A stretch of DNA of 64,000 bases, taken from Octopus sinensis. Taxonomy: Eukaryota. The position numbers and the translations under genes were made by a program. Each line of letters opens with the position of its first letter. The stretch's first letter is position 1. The notes under the pieces were generated by a model. It was not told the origin of the DNA. It did no database searches and saw only the letters and a program-made list of their open reading frames with translations. Of this stretch, positions 51,378 through 64,000 are shown piece by piece. The DNA is taken from the NCBI RefSeq assembly GCF_006345805.1, contig NC_043008.1, forward strand, positions 58,838,001 through 58,902,000, given 5' to 3'.

Positions 51378-52574
51378 TCCTAGCAATATTTTAATGTATC
51401 GCTACGCGCGTTTCCACAAATCAGTTGTCTCTTAATATCACTGTCTGTATTCGTGGGATGATTACACTGTAGTCCTTAGTATCTTTGGGAACCGAGTTGA
51501 CCATGTACCTGGATTCATTTGGTCAGGCGATATAGCATTATAGGATTGTTGTTATTACTGTATTTATCCTACATTATATCGGTACAGCTTAATGGAAATC
51601 CGAAAAGCTGATTCACTATCAGCATCATTAGACTATGGTCGGAATAATGGAATAAGAGCTTTATTTGCATATTCGAAACATTTCCCGTAAACAACTTTAA
51701 AAGATATATGTGTGAGAGTGTGTGTCTGTGTGTGTGTATAAGATGCATTTTTTTGGTGTGTGTACCGAAATGTTGGCATGATGGAATTTCCCGCTCATGT
51801 TTGAAGAAAAATAAAGTATGTACTAATCATGTAGTGGTGTTACATTCCATCGGCTATTAACTCTTGTATAGTTGTACACTAATATAGACATTTCTTATTG
51901 TTTATAAGAAACTTTGTTTATAAACAATATTGTTTATGAACACCAATTTGTGTATCCTACTTAAAATAAGTCATCATCAAAGCTAAATTAACAGCGGCAA
52001 TCTTCCCCTGATAATATTTCTTAGATACGCACATGGTTAAATAGCACAAAACTAAATCACGAATAAACATAATGGTTAAGGAATACCACCAGTGTTGCTG
52101 GACGATTGCAATCTGCGATTAATATAAGTCACTTAATATTGCTTCTTGTAATGTATCTACATTAAGTAAGATACAAAGATTGCGAATTCAAACTGCTTCT
52201 GTTGTACATAACGAATGTTTATCAGCAGTAGTTTTTTCCCTATATTCTAATATCTTCATAGAGTTAAAAATACACTCTTGGCAATCTGAAACCTCCACAC
52301 AATTTCAATAGTGGTTTAAAATCGATCAATGTTCCTTTTTCCTAATTATCTTGTGAATTGTAGGTGCGTGCCATAATCTCTAAATTATATTGCCTGTGTG
52401 GTGTGTATATTCTAAAGAAAACCTACATTTATTCACACCTGTTTTCCTCTACATCATTTGATATTACATTTAATGAATGTGTCAAGTAAACATTTTAGGT
52501 GATGAGAAATATTTATATTTAGGATTACAAGACTTAAGTACTCAAAGGGAGATTGAATGGAGTTTTAATAATAC

Positions 52575-53430
52575 TTTCTGCTATAGGCACAAGGCCTGAA
52601 ATTTGAGAGAGGAGAGTAGTCGATTAGATTGACTTCAGTACACAACTGATAATTAATTTATCGATTTCAAAGGGATAAAAGGTGAAGTCGACCTCAGCGG
52701 GATTTGAATTCAGAATGTAAAAACGGACGAAATGCCGCAAACATTTTGCCAGGCGCGGGCAATTCTACCAGCTGGTCCCCTGAAAAGTAAACTTTTAATA
52801 ATAGTATAAATAACCGTATTTAACAGTGAAACTATTCCAGAGATTCCTTCCCTATTTAAGTATTTCCATATAAAATTTGTCATTGCCTTTGAGGAAAAAT
52901 CTGTAGCTATTTACATATATTTTAGGACTTGAAATGTTTATGAATGTGTAATACAATAAACAATCATAAAAGCTGGAGCGTAATATTGGTTTCCCATTTT
53001 ACCACAAGGCCAGCAATATCGGGGGGAGTGGATAAGCCGATAAGATCAACTACAGTACTCACTTGTTACTGGAGAGGGGACTAGTCGATTACATCGGCCG
53101 CAGTATACAACTGATAATTAGTTTATCGATCACAAAATAAAGAAAGGCGAAGTCGACCTCAGCGGACGAAATGCCGATAAGCACCTTGCCCAGCGCGCTA
53201 ACGATTCTTATTTATTTACTGCCCACAAGGGGCTAAACATAGAGGGGACAAATAAGGACAGACAAACGGATTAAGTCGTTTACATAGACCCCAGTGCGTA
53301 GCTGGTATTTAATTTATCGACCCCGAAAGGATGAAAGGCAAAGTCGACCTCGGCGGAATTTGAACTTAGAACGTAATGACAGACGAAATACTGCTAAGCA
53401 TTTCACCCGACGCCCTAATGATTCTATCAG
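52575..53430 (-). mobile_element. Cluster of SINE family B copies (about 52575-52780, 53000-53205, 53210-53430)
   Basis: Repeated family B core in reverse complement; the last copy is nearly intact. Confidence 0.8.
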
Positions 53431-54639
53431 TTCGACGACTTACCAGAAAGCAATATTTCTGCTAACAAAAATATTCGGAATATTTTCATAATGAAATTCC
53501 CGGAGTACCATACGTTATTTTAATTTAAATTATTTGGAGAAAAAATGAAAAAGATTTGTGTTGAAATATTTATAAAAAGTGATGTAAGGTATACTGAATT
53601 AGCAAAATGGCCTGAAATGATAAATGGTTGGTAAACTCACGATAAAAAATACATGGAAAAAATAGAGCTCATAATAATGGAGCATTAGACAAACGAACTC
53701 CCGTTTCGGCGAAATATGAATGTATGAAATATTGTTTAATTTTAGGTAGTGAACTCGAGTTCATATTTCAATTAAAGGTTTTCGGAAGTTTTTTTTTCCT
53801 TTTCGTGTCTTCCGAGTATCTTTAAGTAAACATGTCTTTTATCTGCTGTTTGGTTTGAATTCGATTCGGGGTGTGTTTATCTGTTTTTATTTTTCCCGTT
53901 TCACCGACAGAATCTTAGGCAATTTTGTTAATTTTTCAGAAAGAAAATCAATTTATTGTATTTTTTCCTAAAATGTAATTACTTTCTCTCTTACATCATA
54001 GGATATTTGACTCCATTTTTAAATTCAAAAATTAATATCGATATCATCATATGCATTCCTACGCATTCTGAAATTTGTCGTTTATCATTACGGCCTCAGA
54101 ACAAGTATTTAAACATATAAAAACGCAAATATGAAACTTGCACTTAATACAAAGCCTGCACATTCTTTGCAACTGCAGTTGAATTATTTTTATCGTGAAT
54201 ATACAATCAGTTTTTTTGCCGTATAATTACAAGGGCAAATGCCAGAAGCATTTTGTGGGCGGTAAAACGAAGAGAATCTGATATTATAGGATGTGAATTC
54301 ATATTTTAAAGGTCGAAAAAAACTGTTACAACAAGCAACTGACTAGTAAGTTAGCCTTGTCTTTAAGCTAAAATATCCAGTAATTGTAATCTCCAGTGAT
54401 TGTATGTAATATAATAGGCGTTCTAGCTAGTTACATTAAAAATTAGCACCTTCCTCACTACAACAGCACTAATCGTTTCAAATTTTGACACAGGACCAGC
54501 GATTTCGTGGGACATCGACCCCAGTGCTCAACTGGTACTTATTTCATTGACCTCGGAAGGATGAAAGGTAAAGTCGAACTCAGAGTCCTCAAAGGACGAC
54601 GGTCAGGCAGTAATAGATGTACACATCCACCACCTCCGC

Positions 54640-55715
54640 CCGACCTTTCAGCTACAACTTCCTTTCTGCCCATTTCTGAGTGAAATTGGGTACCCTGCTC
54701 GTCATCTTACCCCAATTTTTGTCCACCTGGAGGCCCGGACCAAACCAGATCCTGAGTAATTTAACTGGTCCTTCCATTCAGCGCCCTACATCGCTGTCGG
54801 TTGACATATATCTCCTTTTTCCAGATGCCGAGCTAGAGGCCCACCGGTTTGTCCTGATTAATGCTTGCTCCTGTCACCGCTTCGTACTCCCTTCAGGTAC
54901 TGCGGATCACCTCGATTTCTGGTCGTCCGCATATGCTGACACGAAGGGAATGCCCCTCGAAATATCCAACTTCCTTAGTAATGACTCCAGAGCCAGCACG
55001 TGCAAAAGGTGAGAGAATCTGTACCTGTAACGGACTGAACGAACGATACTAAACAATTCTGATATGTAGCCGTTTACTTTGACCACTGAACAGATGTTGC
55101 TGTGCATTGTAGCGATCGAGCCTCTGAAAACAGGAGCAAAACTGCCGCCGCCAAGACAGCCTCCGAGTATTGATGGTCGACCCTGTCAAAAGCATTCCAT
55201 TGAGCCAAATTGATCAGGGCCCCACCCCTACCAGGTTCCTTCTCTACTCTCTCTCTATGAGGTAGCACATGAGGTAGAAGTTGTTCTGGGTAGATCTGTT
55301 CGGGATAGAGCATATCTGAGCGTCACCGACCAGTTGATCGACGAAAAGCACCAAACTTTTTGCCCAAAATCTTAGCACTTTATCCAAAATCTTATAATAT
55401 GTGTTCAACAAAGTTATGGGCCTATAATTATATAATTGGTACCCCTTGTTCGGGTGGGTCTTTTCTTGGCAGCACCACCACGCCACGTCTCACAGCAGTG
55501 GGTTTTCTCCCGTTCAGCTACTAGTTGTGGTAGACATCCGCCAAGAGGTCTCCGAACAAGTCTGGCATATGAAGATAACGCTCAAAGAGCAGACCATCCA
55601 CCTCCAGAGAATTCTCCCTTGTGCAACTCGTCATCGCGTCCTGTATGTCTTCGGTTGTTATTGGCATTCCACAGAACTCCGTATCCCTTGCCGAAAATAA
55701 GAGGTGTTACCTTAG
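54640..55715 (-). mobile_element. L1/Tx1-clade reverse-transcriptase fragment, decayed
   Basis: LYNYRPITLLNTYYKILDKVL...QICSIPNRS...GGALINLAQWNAFDRVDHQY...EYEAVTGASINQDKP: RT motifs with stops and frameshifts. Confidence 0.88.
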
Positions 55716-55813
55716 TTCACTAGTAGTGAACAGCTGATACTATATAGTACATCTCCAGCGTTAGAAGCAGTGCAAAGACAATAATAATAATGATGATGAT
55801 GATGATGATGATG

Positions 55814-55859
<46 letters not shown>

Positions 55860-55876
55860 TAATAGTAGTAGTAGTA

Positions 55877-55920
<44 letters not shown>

Positions 55921-57479
55921 CTAGGGGTAATTGAAGGGAACGGAATAAGGCATTCAGAGATGAAGGAAAGGATCAGAAGAGAATGCTATCGAAGAGTGAG
56001 AGCAATACTCAGACAGAGCTGAATGCAGAGAAACAGGATCGAAGCAATCAATGCATTAGCTAACCAGTCGTGACTTACAGTTTCAATATTGTTAACTGGT
56101 CAATTACTGAAATATGTCAGCTCGACAGAAAAATAAGGAAACTGTTGACAATGCATAGAATGCACCACCCTAAGGCAGATACAGAACGACTCTATCTGCC
56201 AAGAAAAGAGGGAGGCCGTGGTCTTTTGCAACTGGCAATAACAATGAAGATTGCTACAATTGGCCTAGACACCTACCTGAAAAACTCTGAGGACTGGATG
56301 TTAAAACTTGTTTTCAAAACATGAAAACAAGAAAGCATCATACTCAGTCACAAAACAGGCAAAGGAATATCTAAGTGAATTCCGAATACAACCAATTTCG
56401 GAATTAGAGATAGACATACAAGAAACAAGCACAGAAAAAGCTAGGCGCATGAAAACCCGTGCCAAAACTGCGGCCTTAGATATTCTGAATAATAAATGGC
56501 AAGAAAAACCTCTCTACGGCAAATACCCAAAGAGAGCGAATAATGCAGATATCGACAAAGCCCTGACCCATCAATGGCTAATGGCCTCTGGCTTAAAATC
56601 TGAAACAGAGGGGTTTATCATAGCAGCTCAAGATCAATGCCTACCAACAAGAAACTACCAGGCCAACATATTAAAGATCAGAAGCAGTCCAACGTGTCGT
56701 GTATGCAAGCAACAAAATGAAACCATTGACCATGTGGTCTCCAAGTGCAGTCTTCTAGCGCCTACAGAGTATCTCAACAGGCACGATAGAGCTGCACAAT
56801 ATATTCACTGGGTAATCTGTAAAAACCTGGATTTGCCCCATGAAAAAAACTGGGGGAACACAACCACCCCCAGTGCTTGAAAATGACCACATCTCACTCC
56901 TCTGGAACTTCACCATTCAAACTGACAGGAAGATAGATGCAAATAGGCCAGACATCATATTGAAAGACTTCAAACAAAGAACATGCCTCCTCATTGATAT
57001 GACTGTCCCAATCGATATAAACGTATCTGTCAGACCTACCAAAAACTGAGCAAATATAAAGATCTTGAAATAGAAATCAGCAAAATGTGGAAGCTGAAGA
57101 CTAAAACAATACCTGTTGTCATAGGTGCCCTGGGAATGATAGCAAAAGGGGCTGATAGCTACCTAACTCAGATACCAGGAAACCCAAAAATGCAGAAGTT
57201 CAAAAGATAGTGCTCATGGGAACTGCTCATATCCTACGCAAAATACTCTCTATGTAACCTCAAGGTTTAAAAAACAACCATAATTTCGGTTTAAAAAAAA
57301 AAAAAAAAAAAAATTTTTTTTTTTTTTAGACATTCATTAGTACAACATCCCCACCCCCCAAATATATGGCACACTAGGCATAACAACAACATGAACTTCC
57401 AACCCTGTTGTCTCTTGAGGTCTCTGGGTGAGACTGGAGCCAACTTGTACAAATATAAAGCAAAAGTCAAACATAGAAT
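55921..57479 (+). mobile_element. Dong/R4 retrotransposon, 5'-truncated 1.56-kb copy inside (TAA)n
   Basis: LGVIEG..., RLYLPRKEGGRGL, LKSETEGFIIAAQDQCL, CRVCKQQNETIDHVVSKC (CCHC), RPDII...LIDMTVP (REL), MGTAHILRKILSM* (57255-57). Several frameshifts. (TAA)n lies directly on both sides. Confidence 0.95.
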
Positions 57480-58074
57480 AATAATAATAATAATAAATAG
57501 AAGAAGAAGAAGAAGAAGAAGAAGAAGAAGAAATGAATAAATAAATCAACAAAAGTCGTTGATTGAGATATTTTTCTTCCAGCGGCTACAAAATTCCAAA
57601 TATGTATAGGTGAGATGTACTTTAATCAATAAATTGTTGTACACAGTTAATGCTAATTATACCGACGTCACAAAGAAGAAAAATATACTTCACTACAGGA
57701 GTTTCGAAAGGTCATTGTCAGAATCATATTTTAAAATGTATAATTTGTTTTATAACATATTATACTGATTTATATTGAATTCCACTGAATGTCTGTATTT
57801 TTGGTGAAAATTAAAGAGTAAATTGTGACCTTTCAGCACTTTAGCAATGTATCAATTATAGAATTCTAGTGAAATATCTTTAACCGGAGATTGAAACTGT
57901 GTCGCTATTCTCGCTTTTAATGAGATTAACTGATGTGTGGAATGCTCGATATAACTGCTTGTCTAATAAGGCCTTTTTACGTTCTATAGTTACCGTTTTG
58001 CGACAAGTTGATATTTTGGGGATATACTTTATATCTTTCTGTATTACTTGACAATTAAGTAACATAGTTGAAAA

Positions 58075-58620
58075 CTATCTGACAAATCTAACATCATTTT
58101 AACTTTTTCAATACATTTGACAACTGTGTGTGCAAATTACATCTCTGTGAACCATTGTGACCAATTTGGTATTCTTTTAACACCACTTTGATCTATATGA
58201 CAGTTATAGAACATAACATATTTGTGACATATGACATTTTCTATATCTCCTTGACACTTTGTGTCATATTTGACGTCTCTCTACAAATTCGACAACAATA
58301 TGACATATTTGACAGCTCTATGTCATACTTTACTTATTTCTCACCGTTTTGAAATCTATAAAATACACATTTGACTGCTGTATGTCATATTGGATATCAC
58401 TGTGACTACATTCGACAACTATATAGCATATGTGACATGTGTAAGTCAAATTCGGCACGTATGCTATTTTCCATAACCGAGTGACATGTAACTCATTCGA
58501 AAACTACGTGAGAAATGTGCGGTATTTCTATCAACTTATGTTTGACATATTCAACAAGTATCTGACGTAATTGACAACTATGTAACATAGAAACAACTGT
58601 GTAAACTACTCTCAATTATA
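58075..58620. repeat. Cryptic degenerate minisatellite rich in TGTCA/TGACA
   Basis: Recurrent TG(T/A)CATATTTGACA-like units, for example at 58262, 58301, 58321 and 58383. Confidence 0.55.
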
Positions 58621-59045
58621 TCATGTCTTAAAAACGAAATGGCATGTTGTCAACTGTAAAAAGAATATATCCAGAAATGAATTTATAATGTTCCTCGGTT
58701 AATTTTGTAAGCAAGTCCGTTAGCAAAATGGCGTTTTCAAAGAAAAAAAACAAACTATTTCTTATATTGACGGCTCTATGCCATGTTGACAAGTATATGA
58801 TATAATCATAACCGGGTAACCTTTAACGCATTACATTTCACGTTCACTTGAAACAATTTTGCATAACTGTGTCGACTTAACTGACTCACAATTTAATTTA
58901 GTACGGGCATATTTAAGTAGATGCATAATATAAATTGGGTGAAGAAGATAAGTAATAATGGCGTTGTTTTGAGGATAAGTAACCCCTTTAAAGTCATAGG
59001 CGTTATGAAATACAATAATAGTATATTAAGATATTTAATTCAATG

Positions 59046-59434
59046 GATGGGGAAACACTCCGTCGGTTACGACGACAAGGGTTCCAGTTGATCCGAATCA
59101 ATGGAACAGCCTGCTCGTGAAATTAACGTGTAAGTGGCTGAGCACTCCACATACACGTGTACCCTTAATGTAGTTCTCGGGGATATTCAGCGTGACACAG
59201 AGAGTGACAAGGCCGGCCCTTTGAAATACAGGTACAACAGAAACAGGAAGTAAGAGTGAGAGAAAGTTGTGGTGAAAGAGTACAGCGGGGATCACCACCA
59301 TCCCCTGCCGGAGCCTCGTGGAGCTTTAGGTGTTTTCGCTCAATAAACACTCACAACGCCCGGTCTGGGAATCGAAACCGCGATCCTATGACCGCGAGTC
59401 CGCTGCCCTAACCACTGGGCCATTGCGCCTCCAC
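59046..59434 (-). mobile_element. Full-length SINE family C with 14-bp TSD
   Basis: TATTTAATTCAATG at 59032-59045 and 59435-59448. Near-identical to 24934-25318. Confidence 0.93.
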
Positions 59435-59884
59435 TATTTAATTCAATGACATGTAAGTCGCCTAATTGAAACACACAGACACTGCGAAAACAACAAAACA
59501 AATACTATTAATCTGTGTCTATTAGTATTTTCATCATTTCTCCATATTCAAAATTGATCTACTTGTAACATATTGACAATTATGAAGAATGAACGAAAAT
59601 CAATTCATATGTACTGATTTTCAACTGGTTTTGAGAGTCATAAATATTATGTTAGCAGGAGTAGGAAGAGGAGTAGGGGTGGAAGGAGTAAGTGCTTATT
59701 TTGTCGTATGGCCATTTGCATACCGAATTCAAATCCCTCTGAGATCTCCGTTGCAAGTCATCAATCAGCCTTCAATAAAATACGAACTAGTCACATAATG
59801 GAATTGATTCAATATGATGCACATATACGTTGAAACTAGCTAGCTATTTATTAATGCTTCCCTTTCTTTCTTTCTTTCTTTCTG

Positions 59885-59936
<52 letters not shown>

Positions 59937-60040
59937 TCATTAAACGTAACCACATAGTCTTTCACGTAAATACTACCTCGTTTCTTTTGGCTACATATTA
60001 AACGCATAAACACGCTCGCCCAAACACGCACATACACGAG

Positions 60041-60234
60041 GGGAGAATTCACGAAAGAAAACAACAACAGACGAAGACAGGTGGTGTAGAAAACAAACAG
60101 ATGTATTAGTATAACGCTCAGGAATCGAAAAAGTCTTTTACGTTTCGAGCCTACGCTCTTCCACAGAAAGGAACACATAAAGAATCAAGGAGAGACAAAA
60201 ATGTGTGTAGTAGCTACCGATCTATCATGGCGAC
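60041..60234 (-). mobile_element. Family E Penelope-LTR-like repeat with an A6-variant hammerhead (60135-60170)
   Basis: Minus strand CUUU-CUGUGGA-A-GAGC(GUAG)GCUC-GAA-ACGU-A|AAAG. The rest matches 23619-23815. Confidence 0.75.
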
Positions 60235-61589
60235 ATACATACATTCATATATACATACATACATTCATACGTTCATAGATACATACATACATACATACAT
60301 ACATACATACATACATACATACATACATACATACATACATACATACATACATACATACATACATACAACAGGCATGCATGCATATATACATATGTATAAA
60401 TGTGTATATGTAATTCAAAATATATGTTTCACTATATTCTTAGCTTTTATTATCCTTCCAAGTTAACAAGCAGAAGATTAGAGTATAGTCACAGAATTCT
60501 CATAGTTGCGGATCTCATGACATAGTTGTGACTGGAAGTAGTGTTTTAGGTTGTTGTGGTTTTTTTGTTCTTGTCCCGGAATTTTTTATCTTTTGTTCAG
60601 CATCTCAAAATCTCAGTCAGATTCCATTTTAATGTGTTTCTTTAGAGATGTCAGTTTCACATTGGCAACTTTGTGAACTGCTTGCAACAGGATGCACAGA
60701 GCATAATACTTTTAAAATTACATGCAGGTGGAAGGTGTGATCTCTCCCTTTTATTGCTTTGAGTTATCAGAGTTAGGATGTATTTCATACACTAGTCATA
60801 AACCTCGAATTTTAGAATGATATTAATTTTCATTTGACTTTGAACAGCGAAATTTGGGCATTTTCTTTGAATACAAAATTTGGGCGTTGAAGCCAGCTTT
60901 GAATACTGCCATCTTAAATTGAGGTATTTGACATTCTAGACGATTAAACCTTTTTGGTGAATTAGAGTTGATCTGTTGTTGTATGTATAAGTCCTTTTAA
61001 AAACCGGCTTCAGGGTATGTCCAACATAGGATGCGCCAATTATGTTACTCCTTATCAGTCTTGTTGGTGCTGGACAAAGTTTGTATAAGACCTTAGTACG
61101 AAATTGAGAAGCATCCAGTTCTTTATATTTAAGTGCTTCTGAAATTCTGTCGCCCTTTGCAATTTTCCATTTGTCTTTTCTTGAGACAAATATTTATTCA
61201 CAGCAAGAGACATTCCTTTGCAAAAAGTAAAAATTGCGTCGTAATTCGATGAAACATCCGTCATTCTAAATTACTTTAGTTATTATGTCGAGAGGCACCT
61301 TCTGGCTGTACAACAACATACAGCTAGGTTAATTCAACCATTTTTATTTAATTACATTTCTATCGACTAAAATGCTGCACTTGTAAGAATATTTGCACTA
61401 CCGATGTTGCAATTCATTCTCCTGTACATTATCGACTCATATATTTGGTTGGGTGATTATGTTAGCAACCAGATGAATTTACAAAATAGTTGCTATTTAA
61501 GATACAATTCAGAAAAAAATTACTCAGTGTCTACTTCGTCAATTAATTGAAATCAATATAAAAGAAACGAATGCTTTATAATATATGGA

Positions 61590-62230
61590 TGTGCGGTCTA
61601 GCAGTTCGTTTTGTATGAACATAGTTTGAGGTTCACACCCATTATATGGAACCTTGAGCAATTGTCTTCTACAATGACCTTGACACGACCAATACCTTGG
61701 TAGTGAATTTGGCCGATGGAAACACAAGAATTCCGCCGTATATGTACGTGCGTGTTCGCGCGTTTGTGTACGTATATGAGAAAACTCGGGGCTTAGTGAT
61801 TTCGATTCCTGAACCGAGTGATGCGTTGTATTTTTGAGCAAAGCTCTTCATTTCCCGTAGCTCCAGTTTACTCAGGTAGTAAAGATGTATGGGTAATATT
61901 TATGCCGCGGAATTCGGGAAACTAACCGTATGAGACTATGGCTCGGGAAGACTCTTTAAATCTCTTTGATATATCTATGTATATATTTTTATATACGGAC
62001 CTATGAGTCTGTCTATGCATGTATATGTCTGAATTTGTTTCTTACTGACTGGCACACTATGTTGGTTTGTAAATGTTCCCTAAAAATAGCGGTTCGGCGA
62101 AAAGTTTCCGATGGCATAAGAACTAAACTTAAAATAAATCCTGGGTTCGATATGACACATTAATCCTTTCAAGATGGCGCCCCAGCTTGGCTGCATTTCA
62201 ATGATGTTAACAAGAAAAAGAATAAAGAAA
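61590..62230. mobile_element. Two degraded family A SINE fragments (about 61590-61730 minus; 62030-62230 plus)
   Basis: GAACCTTGAGCAATTGTCTTCTAC (reverse-complement CORE-like motif) and GCGGTTCGGCGAAAAG...CCCAGCTTGGCTGCA. Confidence 0.6.
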
Positions 62231-64000
62231 AACGTAAAAAATCAGCAATTTTAAATGCTCGGGGAATGCTGACCTAATCTAAGAACTAGGATAAACTATG
62301 AAACTTCGATTGATTTATTTCTCATTTGATTTGAAATGTTTTCCATTAATTTTCTAGTTAGAGTTTCAAGTGTGTTTATCTATTTAAACTTAAATAACTA
62401 TAATAATCTTTAGCAAGTAAATTACTATTATTAATGAAAAATTTTGTTTAATCTTTTTAAATTGCTGTAGAGCGACAATTTAATAAAAGAATCAACATTT
62501 CTATTGTAGCAATAGTTTTAATCAAAGAAAACATAATAAACTAACTTTCCATGTTGTCTACCTTCAATATATTCGTGTTATAATTAATCTTTTATTTCAT
62601 TTTAAACTTGTTCACTGGGAAAAAAATAAAATTTCTCAAGCGCCGTAAAACACAATTAATTTATAAAACCTTTGTTTCTCGGGTATTTTGATAGATGTTC
62701 AACACGATTTTCTCCATTTTGGTTTTTCTTCAATGTTTAACTTATTCGTATTTACGTAGGCATTTTTTTTTATTGTGATTTTGCTGAAAGGTAGAAAGAA
62801 TTTATTGTTAAGTAATGCTAATAACTAATTGAGAATTTTCTTCTTTCGTGTAATTCTAATAACTTAGCTGCTTGAAACTAATGTTTAATAAATATTTATA
62901 AAAACGAGTTGATAAGTAAATGAATTTGGGCACATTTATATTCACTAATTAATCGAGACTACTTTGTCATGGTAATTGGTTGGAAAATATATGGCTTCGA
63001 TGATGACACATTCATTCTGTAACCCATCAACTCTCACAGCAGCGCCGTATATATTCACAAATGTAGAACAGAATGCGTTTCAATAAATTTCACTCTGCAT
63101 GGAAAACAAAAATTATCCCAAAGCAAATTTTCTATTCTAAATGGCATCAAAAGCATGGGAAAAAAGTTAGTTATTTATGAGAAAATCGTACATAAGGAAT
63201 ATATCTCAGACATTTTCTAGAGAACATTGGAGCCATAAATGAAGTGAAATAGTTTTAATCAGGATTTGGTATTTAAAAAAAAAACTAATTGTTTTATTTC
63301 CGTTACTCTCTTTATGACTGCTAATATTTATGACGGTAAGTTACTATCAAATTACCCGAAGGAAAAACTCAGGAAAACTTTATTAAACTATTATCATCTA
63401 AGATCATTGGATGGAGGTGTGTCACACAATTCGTAGACCATTAATATTTCTTACCCCCATTTAGTGTGTTGTTTCCTGTTTTGATTTCGAATGTCAGAGT
63501 CATTAAAGTGGCTCGTATATCGTGGTTTTATTTTTTATTGTTTTTACTATTTGGTTCCTTCTATACATAAGGAGCTGATTCCTAACAAATAAAGCAAGCC
63601 TCTATTCATGGAATTTCATGGAATAAAAACGATGTGTTATCTGTTGAACTTTATAAAAAAACTCTTACATGCTTTTATTGTTTGAGCAACAGAATATATA
63701 TTTAAAGCCTGTGTTAGCTGATCGATCACTTTCTGGGTTTGAAACTGCTAGCTTTTCGATATTAAACTTTGAAACATTTACGTACACAACCAAGTGTTCT
63801 AATAATTCATCTGTATTAATGGGAATTTGTAATCTTGATATTAGAAGTCGGCTTTTTCGAAATCCATAGAAATTCTCATTATCACTCATTTTGAAAAAAG
63901 CAAAAACAAAAAACCCAACCTTTTCCCATTTTCCCCCTCGCAGCCATATTACTCATATTATGTTTGCACCCAGCAAAAATTTTGATGGGAATGTTCCGCC

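Noticed and set aside
51750-52310. Apparently stop-poor minus-strand frame (pseudogene or viral relic)
   Set aside because: About 8 stops in roughly 170 codons and no recognisable motif, so it is not distinguishable from chance.

Overview
AT-rich, repeat-saturated eukaryotic DNA with no recognisable host protein-coding gene. Almost all ORFs in the track are microsatellite or transposon artefacts. The mix of tRNA-derived SINE families, abundant Dong/R4, RTE and Tx1 LINE fragments and huge (TA)n/(TAA)n/(GAT)n tracts looks like an Octopus genome (inference from recalled family sequences, not a search). The window contains about 30 SINE copies from at least 4 families and decayed LINEs (Dong/R4, RTE, L1/Tx1). 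It also holds a DD37E Tc1 (TRT-like) transposon, two mariner remnants, a probable non-autonomous Helitron, two TA-flanked fold-back MITEs and a tRNA-Gln pseudogene. The most interesting signal is a set of type I hammerhead-ribozyme folds in small (TA)n-embedded modules. Two identical copies (44433-44506 and 45393-45466, minus strand) sit exactly 960 nt apart in a tandem duplication, a retrozyme/circRNA-like layout. A minimal Penelope-type hammerhead lies at 38754-38789, with A6-variant relatives at 23690 and 60135. A second theme is that different retroelement families occupy different microsatellites (TA, TAA, TCTA). All alignments and folds were done by eye, and boundaries of degraded repeats are approximate.
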